From the NCBI GenBank assembly GCA_017545245.1, contig JAFWPB010000060.1, positions 1,182 through 65,181 on the forward strand: a stretch of DNA of 64,000 nt, in the 5' to 3' direction. Within the stretch, counting starts at the first letter, position 1. Each line of letters begins with the position of its first letter. Shown here piece after piece: positions 29,526 through 39,666 of this stretch. Origin of the DNA: Clostridiales bacterium (GTDB taxonomy: Bacteria > Bacillota > Clostridia > Saccharofermentanales > Saccharofermentanaceae). The notes under the pieces were generated by a model. That model made no database searches and had not been told where the DNA came from. It worked only from the letters and a program-made list of their open reading frames with translations. The position numbers and the translations under genes were made by a program.

Positions 29526-31004
29526 ATGATACAGTGTGAAAGAGGTCATTTCTTTGATGAGAACCGTTATGCTGGTTGCCCATACTGCAATCAGATCGCC
29601 AGTCAACAAAGGAGTGTTATACCTCCTATTGCTCCAGCTATGGAGATTCCGAAACCATCTTGTGGAAAGACTGTTGCTATTGAGGGAATGGATACTGCTC
29701 CACAGATCAGCAAGACTGTCGCAATCGATGGATTCGAGGATAATTATCCTCATGTAAATAAGACTGTATCGATCACGGAACAGCTTTCGCCTTCCGGTCT
29801 TCCCGAATTTGCTCCGGCTGCTGCTGTTGCACCAATAGCTGCAAGTGCACCTGCTGCACAACCTGCACCGGCCGCTCCGACTGCGGTGGAAGTTCCTGCC
29901 GCTCCAGCAGTACAGGCCGCTCCAGTTGAAACAGCAGTTTCCAGCCCAGCTCCTTTTGCGGCCGCACCTGCTCCGCAAGAAACAGCGGATGCTTCTGCTG
30001 CACAAGTTAACAATGCTCCGGATCTTTCCTCTGATCCTGAGTCGTTCATGCGTCCTTATCAGGTAACCGGATTGGGTGTGAAAGAAAACCCGACACCGAT
30101 TCCTGTAAATGAACCAGTCTACGATCGTCCTTATGCCGTTTCGGGGCTGGGAGTAAAAGAGAATCCGACACCAACACCTTCTGATGTGGGTGCAACTTTC
30201 CCTGTAGAGCAACAAGGTGCAGCACCGATGGCTGCTGAGGCAGCGGCATTTGCATCTTTTGGTTTCCCGGGTGGACCTGTTCCGGGTATGATGCCTGGTA
30301 TGGTTCCGGGCATGCCACCGGCTCCGGCATCACCGTTTGCTTCTCCGGCACCTGCAGCACCTGAGGTTCAGGCTGAGCCTGCTGTTGCCGAAACGCCTGT
30401 GGCTCCGGTTGAAGCCGAAACACCGGTTGAACCTGCTGTACCTGAGGTTCCTGCTGAACCTGCAGTATTCGAGGCACCGGTTGAAACACCAGTAACCGAG
30501 AAACCTGTTGAACCTGCTGCTGTTGAAACACCAGTTCAACCTGAAGTGGCTGAAACACCAGCTGAATCGGTAGTTTCCGAAGTTCCTGTGGTTCCGGTAG
30601 TTCCTCAAGCTCCGGCTGATCCTCATGCGACTGTAGCAATGACAGAATCCGATATGGATTATCTGCCGAGGCTGCACGCAAGAGCTTTTTTCGTATGTAT
30701 AGATGGTCCTATGACAGGTGCAAGCTTTGTATTCCAGGAGAATAAGGCGATCATCGGCCGTCAGAAGAATTATGAGATTTCGCTTTTCAGAGATCCGTCT
30801 GTATCGCGTAACCCGCATGCGATTATCCGTTATGCCAAAGAAACACTGACTTATACTGTTGCTCCAGGCGATGCGGAGAAGAAAGTATCTGTAAATGGCG
30901 AGTTTATTTCCCAGGAGCAGACTCTGAAACTTTACGATATCGTGGGTATCGGTCAGACAAGACTTCTGTTCATTCCAGTCTGCAGTGAGAAGTTTGCATG
31001 GTAA
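29526..31004 (+). CDS. Zinc-ribbon / long Pro-Ala-rich disordered linker / C-terminal FHA domain protein
   Basis: GAGGAA RBS favours ATG 29526 (MIQCERGHFFDENRYAGCPYCN). Low-complexity PA/ETPV region at ~29800-30620. FHA motifs IIGRQ, SVSRNPHAII, VSVNGEFI, IGQTRLLF. Confidence 0.85.
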   Translation: MIQCERGHFFDENRYAGCPYCNQIASQQRSVIPPIAPAMEIPKPSCGKTVAIEGMDTAPQISKTVAIDGFEDNYPHVNKTVSITEQLSPSGLPEFAPAAAVAPIAASAPAAQPAPAAPTAVEVPAAPAVQAAPVETAVSSPAPFAAAPAPQETADASAAQVNNAPDLSSDPESFMRPYQVTGLGVKENPTPIPVNEPVYDRPYAVSGLGVKENPTPTPSDVGATFPVEQQGAAPMAAEAAAFASFGFPGGPVPGMMPGMVPGMPPAPASPFASPAPAAPEVQAEPAVAETPVAPVEAETPVEPAVPEVPAEPAVFEAPVETPVTEKPVEPAAVETPVQPEVAETPAESVVSEVPVVPVVPQAPADPHATVAMTESDMDYLPRLHARAFFVCIDGPMTGASFVFQENKAIIGRQKNYEISLFRDPSVSRNPHAIIRYAKETLTYTVAPGDAEKKVSVNGEFISQEQTLKLYDIVGIGQTRLLFIPVCSEKFAW

Positions 31005-31948
31005 TGGAAACAGTTCTTGCATCTTTAAATATGGAGAAAGCGAAGGATTTTCTTCATCATTGGGGGATTTTGTGTGCTCTTGTCCTAGTGCTGGTTATCG
31101 CCGTGATCCTGGTTATTCTGGTTTTGAAACGGAAAAAGGGAAAGGTGGTTGTGCCGAGCATGGCTGATCATTCCACAGGCACAAAGATGAGCAATGGCCT
31201 GTTTGAGATTGAAATCGGCAATTGTCAGGGAATTGGAGAAAGAGAAGAACAGCAGGATGCTTTTGGATTCTCGCCCAATAACAAGTGGAAAGATAAAGGT
31301 TTTCTAGCCGTTCTTTGCGATGGTATGGGTGGTCTGGATTCCGGTGCGGTGATTTCCAATAAGCTGGTAGCGGACGTGATCAAAGAGTTTCCGTATTCTT
31401 TTGATGCGCTCAAAGAAGGCTGGATCATCGATTCTCTTTCTGCGGAGATCTATTCCCAGTATAGTGGTCGTGGCGGTACAACGCTGATCATCACATATTT
31501 GAAAGACGATAAGCTTTGGTTTGCTTCAGTCGGAGACAGTGATCTGCTTCTTTACCGAGGCGGTCGTATCTATGCGATGAATCAAAGACAGGAATATGGA
31601 AATCACCTTCTTATGAAGGTGGTGGACGATGCTCTTGCGATGGAGCAGATCGAAGGAAATCCTGATGCGCCGGCTTTGACGGAGTTTATGGGTGCACAGC
31701 ATGCTGATCCTGACTATTCGATCACGCCGTGGCAGGTAATGGATGGAGATACATATCTTCTTTGTTCTGATGGTATTTCAGATACTCTGTCTTTCGATGA
31801 GATCCGTGAGGCGATGTCCCACTCGCCGGCAGAATGCGCGGAAATTCTTGAAAAGAGTATAATGGAGAAAAATAAGAGATATCAAGATAACTATACTGCA
31901 ATCATTTTTTCAATCAAAAGGGTGGAGGTTTCAAATGAAGTGGGTTAG
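30998..31948 (+). CDS. PP2C-family Ser/Thr phosphatase with N-terminal TM anchor
   Basis: 316 aa. TM ILCALVLVLVIAVILVILVL followed by KRKKGK. PP2C motifs EEQQDAF, VLCDGMGG, SVGDSDLLLY, LLCSDGISD, QDNYTAI. Start overlaps the upstream stop. Confidence 0.85.
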   Translation: MVMETVLASLNMEKAKDFLHHWGILCALVLVLVIAVILVILVLKRKKGKVVVPSMADHSTGTKMSNGLFEIEIGNCQGIGEREEQQDAFGFSPNNKWKDKGFLAVLCDGMGGLDSGAVISNKLVADVIKEFPYSFDALKEGWIIDSLSAEIYSQYSGRGGTTLIITYLKDDKLWFASVGDSDLLLYRGGRIYAMNQRQEYGNHLLMKVVDDALAMEQIEGNPDAPALTEFMGAQHADPDYSITPWQVMDGDTYLLCSDGISDTLSFDEIREAMSHSPAECAEILEKSIMEKNKRYQDNYTAIIFSIKRVEVSNEVG

Positions 31949-33269
31949 AAGAATTATCATGATACTGTTGGCGTTGGGCATCGCTGGTTGTGGTTTTTTG
32001 TCCTATTTGTCCTATGACAAGTGGAAAGAAGCAGATAAGGAAGTGACACGCCTTTCCTTGCTCAAAGATACACAGGGTGTAAGCATTTCAACTTCTGAAA
32101 ACCAGGAGTCGGTCGTATTTGTCATGTGTATCCGAGAATCAGATATGGCCGGCGGATACGGCTCCGGATATGTGGTTGGTGAACCCGGAGATAAGGCTGA
32201 GTACATCGTAACGAATGGTCATGTTGTTTCTTATCTTGAAAAGGATGATTCATTCGAAGTTCGTGTATATTTCGGAAAGAACGATTACAAGCCTGCAGAA
32301 GTTATTTTCTATCAGTATGATAAGAAACTGGATATGGCGATCCTCAAGCTTTCCAAGCCTACTTCTGATCGTACGCCTGTAGTGATCCGTGACTCTGATG
32401 AAGTTAATGCTGGTGATAAGTGTGTTGCCATCGGTTATCCGGATAAGGCCAATGACCTTGATACGAATTTTGCTGCGGATATTGCCAGCCAGACAGTTAC
32501 AGCCGGTGTTATCGGTAAAGTAAATGTTTCTCCTGCAGGTAAGTCCTACAAGTCATTCCAGATTGATGCGTTTATCACTCATGGTAACTCGGGCGGACCG
32601 CTTTTCGATGAGAATGGTTTCTTGATCGGTATGAACACGGAGGGCCGTGAAGACTCTGAAAACGTTAACTTCTCCATTTCAAGTAACGAGATCACAAAGA
32701 TTCTTGATAAAGAAGATATCGATTACACAACTAGTGATGATTACATTAAGAGTGAATCTGCTGACTCAAAAAAATCCGGTAAAAAGAAGTCCGAATTGTC
32801 CAAGAAGGAAGAGGAAGCGAATACAGAGAAAATCAAGTGCTTTGCCTTTGCGGGCGGTGCCGCTCTTTGTGCCGTTATTCTTCTTATTCTGGCGATCGTA
32901 GGAAATAAGAAAGTCGTCATGGTTGGCGAACAGGATGATGGAAAGAAGTCGATCCTTTACTGTACAAAAGGTCTTTATGCCGGACAAAGATTTGAGATTA
33001 CCGGTCATACGATGACTTTCGGACGCGACAAGAATACCTGCACGTTCGTTTTCCCGGAGAATACCCCGGGTATCAGTTCCAACCATTGCTCTGTATATTT
33101 CGATGCAAGAACCAAGAATTTTGTTCTTACAGATAATGGATCAACTTACGGTACTTATCTTGCTGACGGAAGAAAACTGACGAAGGGCGTTCCGGAGCAG
33201 ATCGCTCCCGGCTCTACGTTTGCCCTGGCCGATAAGGCGAACGAATTCCGTATAGAAAGAGAAGAATAA
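31935..33269 (+). CDS. Trypsin-like (S1) serine protease ectodomain - TM helix - cytoplasmic FHA domain fusion protein
   Basis: 444 aa. GGTGGAGG RBS. N-terminal LALGIAGC lipobox/anchor. Catalytic contexts TNGHVV, LDMAILKL, THGNSGGPLF. KKSGKKKSELSKKEEE linker. TM FAFAGGAALCAVILLILAIVG. FHA motifs TFGRD, ISSNHCSVYF, DNGSTYGTYL. Confidence 0.85.
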   Translation: MKWVRRIIMILLALGIAGCGFLSYLSYDKWKEADKEVTRLSLLKDTQGVSISTSENQESVVFVMCIRESDMAGGYGSGYVVGEPGDKAEYIVTNGHVVSYLEKDDSFEVRVYFGKNDYKPAEVIFYQYDKKLDMAILKLSKPTSDRTPVVIRDSDEVNAGDKCVAIGYPDKANDLDTNFAADIASQTVTAGVIGKVNVSPAGKSYKSFQIDAFITHGNSGGPLFDENGFLIGMNTEGREDSENVNFSISSNEITKILDKEDIDYTTSDDYIKSESADSKKSGKKKSELSKKEEEANTEKIKCFAFAGGAALCAVILLILAIVGNKKVVMVGEQDDGKKSILYCTKGLYAGQRFEITGHTMTFGRDKNTCTFVFPENTPGISSNHCSVYFDARTKNFVLTDNGSTYGTYLADGRKLTKGVPEQIAPGSTFALADKANEFRIEREE

Positions 33270-33271
33270 TC

Positions 33272-33979
33272 ATGGATTTTTATTCGTACACAAACAAGTG
33301 CGGGCATGAGCCGAATTGCGACTACCATCAGTTTATTGAGCACAATGATCAGATCCTGATGGTTGTTTGCGATGGCTTGAATGGTCTGCCTTCCGGTGAT
33401 GAAGCGTCGAAGATCATTGGGGATCTTGCGATCGCGGCGTTGATCGAAGGGGAGACTCCGGCGCAGGCTTGTATTACGGCGAATAAGAAGTTCCGTGAAA
33501 TGCAGTTTGACCAGGTAGCATTGCGTCGTGCCGGAGCCACGATCTGCGTGGTACGGATAAAAGATGGAATCTGCTCCTGGGCGAATGTTGGTGATTCACA
33601 TATTTATCATTTCTCCGAAGGGAAACTGGCACATCATTCTCATGACGATACGATGGCATACCAGATGTTTGAACGTGGGGAATGTGATTATGAAGCGATC
33701 CGTGAGATCGAAAACCGGACAGGTATGAATATCTGCGTGGGGCAGAAGGATGAAATCGTGCCGCATGTGGAGGAGTTTTCATTTAACGATCAGGATGGAA
33801 TACTTGTTTGTACAGACGGTTTTTGGGAGAATGTGTACGAAACCGAGATGATGATCGACATGATCAAATCAGTTAATGCAAAAGACTGGGCACGCAAAAT
33901 GCTTTTGCGTGCTTCGCAGCGTGGCCGGCTCAAAGGCGACAATATGACGCTGATCACTTATAAGAGAATGGCGGGTTGA
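33272..33979 (+). CDS. Soluble PP2C-like phosphatase (divergent motifs)
   Basis: 235 aa. MVVCDGLNG, ANVGDSHIYH, LVCTDGFWE, KGDNMTLI correspond to PP2C metal-binding motifs. No TM segment. Confidence 0.7.
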   Translation: MDFYSYTNKCGHEPNCDYHQFIEHNDQILMVVCDGLNGLPSGDEASKIIGDLAIAALIEGETPAQACITANKKFREMQFDQVALRRAGATICVVRIKDGICSWANVGDSHIYHFSEGKLAHHSHDDTMAYQMFERGECDYEAIREIENRTGMNICVGQKDEIVPHVEEFSFNDQDGILVCTDGFWENVYETEMMIDMIKSVNAKDWARKMLLRASQRGRLKGDNMTLITYKRMAG

Positions 33980-33983
33980 CAGA

Positions 33984-36446
33984 ATGGATACGAAGAATCT
34001 GTGCTTTGGATGTTTTAATGCTCATAACGGACAAGGACCATGTCCACGTTGTGGATTCGATCTTGCAACGGTGAAGCATCCTTTCGTTGCTCTCCCGATC
34101 GGAACGATTCTGAATGGACGGTATCTGACCGGCCGTGTACTAGGTGTGGGCGGCTTTGGTGTGACCTACCTTGCTTTCGATATGACGCTGGAAATCTGTG
34201 TGGCGATCAAGGAGTTCCTGCCATCAGGTATAGCGCTTCGTGATTCTGACAGATATACGATGACAGTCAGTTCTCCGGATGAACAGCCGAAGTTTGATTC
34301 CGGTGCGTCCAGATTCCTTGAAGAAGCAAGACTTCTTGCCAAGCTCCGTGATGTTCCGAATATCGTAACCGTGCAGGATTATTTCCGTGAAAATAATACC
34401 GCTTACTTTGTCATGGAGTATATTGAAGGCGTCGATCTGATGAAATATACGCAGATGCGCGGTGGTAAGCTTTCCTATGAAGAGACACTGCAGCTTACGC
34501 TTCCAATCATCGATTCTCTTGCACATGTTCATGCGCACAATCTTTTGCATCGTGATATCAGTCCTGACAATATTGTTGTGATGAAGAACGGTTCAACACG
34601 ACTTCTGGACTTTGGCGCGGCAAGACTGGCAATCGATACAGAGAAGAGCAAATCGATCATTCTCAAGCATGGATTTGCTCCGGAAGAACAATATAGAAAA
34701 CATGGTAATCAGGGCCCTTGGTCAGATGAGTATGCCCTTGCAGCGACGATGTATCTGGTCATGACAGGTGTTATGCCGCCGGATGCCATCGAACGTGTCC
34801 ATACGGATACGCTTGTTTCCCCGCTTCAGCTTGGTGTGCAGATTCCACAGCATGCGAACGATGCTTTGATGAAAGCACTTGCCGTCAATGCTTCCGAAAG
34901 ATTCCCGGACATGAGTTCTTTTTCCGAAGCATTAACAGGAAGAAAAGCAGTTGCTCCGATTACGTATTCTGCTGTAACTGACGTAATGAGCGGAACGCCA
35001 AGTACGGAACTGCCTAATGCCGGTTCGGTCATGGAAGGCAATATGGTTGAGGGCAAGACAGTTGCTATGGTAGAAGAAGTACCAGCTGTTTCCGCTCAGG
35101 GCGTTCCGGGACAACAGGCACCGCAGCAGGTTCCTGCGCAAGTCCAGCAAGGTATGCCGCAGGCACAGGCTCAGGCCCAGGCACAGGCGGGGCAGAAGGT
35201 AATCTCGCCATCGATCCTGAATCCTGCCCAGGCACAGGCTCTTCAGACAGAAAGACAGACGGTTCAGCCTCCGAAGGTGAAGAAGAGTATTTGGAAGCGT
35301 CCTGTCACGTATATCGTTGCTGCATTGATTGCTTTGGTCGGTGCAGGTGTGCCGACAGGTATTTTCCTGTATCAGAACGGATACCTGGGCGGAGAGACGG
35401 AAGAAACGACAAAGAGACCGAGAAGGACCACGACTACGGAGGCAACAACGGAGACAACGACCGAGCCGACTGAATATGCGGATCCCTCGATTTTTGAAGA
35501 GGGAGACTGGCGGGATTATACGGACCAGACGCGTATGTTCATGATTTCGGCGCCGAAAAACTATAACTTTGAGAGCGATGAGGGCCTCTATATTCTGAAG
35601 CGTGACGATGGCAAGTGTGTTGTATATACTGATTTCCTAACGCATTACGGCTACGACAGGATTTCTTCTTTGAGCGATTTTGTTGCATTAAGCAGAACGT
35701 TTGTTGAACAGTATGTAGACAACGAATTTGATTTGAAGGATTTTTCGTTGAAATCTACTGATTATGGGTTCATCCATCTCTCTAATGATTGTTATAGCGT
35801 GATGGTTGATGCCAATGCTGTCTTAAATGGAGAAAAGGTCGACGTTACGTTCATGGCGACGGAATCCAAAGAAAAAGAAGGTGTCTTCCTGAATTGTGCT
35901 GTCATGCCGCTGGACGATAAAGGCATGTATTCCAGTGATGACTGGGATGAATTACAGCAGATTCTCGGAAGCTTTGCAGAAGACACGACAAAAAAGAGTT
36001 CATATGAATTGTATGAATCTGATCTGACCCCGTCTTTCGAATTCTTGTATAAAAAGGATGACGTGGCTTCGATCCAGCAGGGAACAGTGGCAAATTCACT
36101 GACTTGTACGGATATTGCGATTTCTGAATCGAATCCGGAGAAGAATCTGATCCGTATAGTGAATCTCGGAAAGCAGAGTTCCATCACATCGGCATGTAAA
36201 ACAATGGAGCAGGCGATCGGCTTCTCCGTTGGCGGATATACGGCAGTCACCCCGATCGTGCGTACAGATCTGGATATCCGTGTCCGGAATTACACGGTCC
36301 AGAAAGATGGTGAGGATCTGAACTGTACGGCATGTGCCATGAAGTTAGGCGGACAGTACTATGGTGTGATAGCGGTCTGTGATGATGATTCGCTTGAAAA
36401 AGTTACACTGGCCTATACGTTAGCCGTGATGTCGCTTTCCAACTGA
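33984..36446 (+). CDS. Hanks-type Ser/Thr protein kinase with N-terminal zinc ribbon, single TM and ~350-aa non-PASTA ectodomain
   Basis: 820 aa. CFGCFNAHNGQGPCPRCGF. GVGGFGVTY G-loop, VAIKEF, HRDISPDNIVV, DFGAAR, GFAPEEQY. Gln/Ala-rich linker. TM VTYIVAALIALVGAGVPTGIFLY. Thr-rich stalk, then an unassigned ectodomain. Confidence 0.9.
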   Translation: MDTKNLCFGCFNAHNGQGPCPRCGFDLATVKHPFVALPIGTILNGRYLTGRVLGVGGFGVTYLAFDMTLEICVAIKEFLPSGIALRDSDRYTMTVSSPDEQPKFDSGASRFLEEARLLAKLRDVPNIVTVQDYFRENNTAYFVMEYIEGVDLMKYTQMRGGKLSYEETLQLTLPIIDSLAHVHAHNLLHRDISPDNIVVMKNGSTRLLDFGAARLAIDTEKSKSIILKHGFAPEEQYRKHGNQGPWSDEYALAATMYLVMTGVMPPDAIERVHTDTLVSPLQLGVQIPQHANDALMKALAVNASERFPDMSSFSEALTGRKAVAPITYSAVTDVMSGTPSTELPNAGSVMEGNMVEGKTVAMVEEVPAVSAQGVPGQQAPQQVPAQVQQGMPQAQAQAQAQAGQKVISPSILNPAQAQALQTERQTVQPPKVKKSIWKRPVTYIVAALIALVGAGVPTGIFLYQNGYLGGETEETTKRPRRTTTTEATTETTTEPTEYADPSIFEEGDWRDYTDQTRMFMISAPKNYNFESDEGLYILKRDDGKCVVYTDFLTHYGYDRISSLSDFVALSRTFVEQYVDNEFDLKDFSLKSTDYGFIHLSNDCYSVMVDANAVLNGEKVDVTFMATESKEKEGVFLNCAVMPLDDKGMYSSDDWDELQQILGSFAEDTTKKSSYELYESDLTPSFEFLYKKDDVASIQQGTVANSLTCTDIAISESNPEKNLIRIVNLGKQSSITSACKTMEQAIGFSVGGYTAVTPIVRTDLDIRVRNYTVQKDGEDLNCTACAMKLGGQYYGVIAVCDDDSLEKVTLAYTLAVMSLSN

Positions 36447-38635
<2,189 letters not shown>

Positions 38636-38656
38636 AGCCTCATATTATAATAGCAA

Positions 38657-38686
38657 TTGACGTTTGTGTATAGTAGGTGGTATGAT
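38657..38686 (+). promoter_or_regulatory. Sigma-A-type promoter (extended -10) for dapA-dapB
   Basis: TTGACG (38657-38662), 18-nt spacer ending in TGg, TATGAT (38681-38686). Confidence 0.5.
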
Positions 38687-38758
38687 TTTATGAGGTTTTT
38701 ACTGCCTTCTAAGGCTGTAATTCCTAATAAAATTTGAGAAAGAAATGGAGGCATGTTT

Positions 38759-39652
38759 ATGAAGAAGCCGGTTTTTACGGGCTCTGCTGTAGCCCTGGTG
38801 ACACCTTTTAACGAAGGAGGTGTAGATACGAAAAAACTGAAGGCTCTGATCGACTTCCATTTGGCACATAAGACAGACGCGATCGTTGCTTGTGCGACAA
38901 CAGGTGAGTGCGCAACGATGCCGGATGAAGAGCATCTTGCTACGATCCGTGAGGTCGTGGAATATGTTGACGGACGTGTTCCGGTCATTGCCGGAACGGG
39001 AAGTAATGATACTGTTCACGGTGTGAAGCTTGCGAAGGAGGCAACAGCGATCGGTGCAGATGCACTTCTGGTCGTAACTCCTTACTACAACAAGACTTCC
39101 CAGGAAGGTCTCTATCGTCACTTCAAGGCCACAGCCGAAGCAACGGATCTCCCAATCATCGTCTACAATGTTCCGTCGAGAACGAACCTCAATATTGCTC
39201 CTGCTACGTATAAGAGACTTTCCGAGATCGATAACATTATCGGTGTCAAGGAGTGCAACATTAATCAGATTCCGGAGACCGTGAATCTCTGTGGCGATAA
39301 CTTCCTGCTTTATTCCGGTGAGGACGGACTGGTCGTTCCGCTTCTGTCTATGGGTGGTAAGGGTGTTATTTCCGTAGCTTCTCACATTGTTCCGGAAACG
39401 ATGCATGATATGGTCATGAAGTTCCTGGATGGTGATGTTGCCGGTGCGGCTAAGTTGCAGGCAGACATTGTTCCGCTTGTAAAAGCACTGTTCTCGGATG
39501 TAAGTCCGATCCCGGTCAAGGAAGCACTGAATATTCTCGGTTGGGATATCGGTTCCTGCCGTATGCCGCTCTGTGAGATGAGTGATGAGGGTAGAGAAAA
39601 GCTTGCTGCTGTTTTGAAGCAGTACGATCTTTCCTTCCATCCGAAGGCATAA
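38759..39652 (+). CDS. dapA: 4-hydroxy-tetrahydrodipicolinate synthase
   Basis: GGAGG at 38747-38751 favours ATG 38759. Motifs GSAVALVTPF, VIAGTGSNDT, PIIVYNVPSRT, IIGVKEC (Schiff-base Lys). Confidence 0.95.
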   Translation: MKKPVFTGSAVALVTPFNEGGVDTKKLKALIDFHLAHKTDAIVACATTGECATMPDEEHLATIREVVEYVDGRVPVIAGTGSNDTVHGVKLAKEATAIGADALLVVTPYYNKTSQEGLYRHFKATAEATDLPIIVYNVPSRTNLNIAPATYKRLSEIDNIIGVKECNINQIPETVNLCGDNFLLYSGEDGLVVPLLSMGGKGVISVASHIVPETMHDMVMKFLDGDVAGAAKLQADIVPLVKALFSDVSPIPVKEALNILGWDIGSCRMPLCEMSDEGREKLAAVLKQYDLSFHPKA

Positions 39653-39666
39653 GGGAGGCGCATGGT

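Noticed and set aside
29487-31022. Three long reverse-strand ORFs (242, 211 and 230 aa) and several forward alternative-frame ORFs in the Pro/Ala-rich region
   Set aside because: They are generated by the GC-rich, stop-poor low-complexity DNA encoding the linker of the FHA protein. Their translations are Arg/Cys/Ser or Gln/Pro repeats with no start signals.
38636-38758. Possible lysine (L-box) riboswitch upstream of dapA, and likewise upstream of lysC (52997-53148)
   Set aside because: The leaders are only ~70-100 nt after the promoters and lack the conserved L-box helices and motifs. Only ordinary promoter/RBS elements are visible.
38699-39640. 313-aa reverse ORF opposite dapA (and similarly 21079-22011 opposite ychF, and 1875-2771 opposite thrS)
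   Set aside because: All are antisense shadows of highly conserved housekeeping genes, with no independent evidence.
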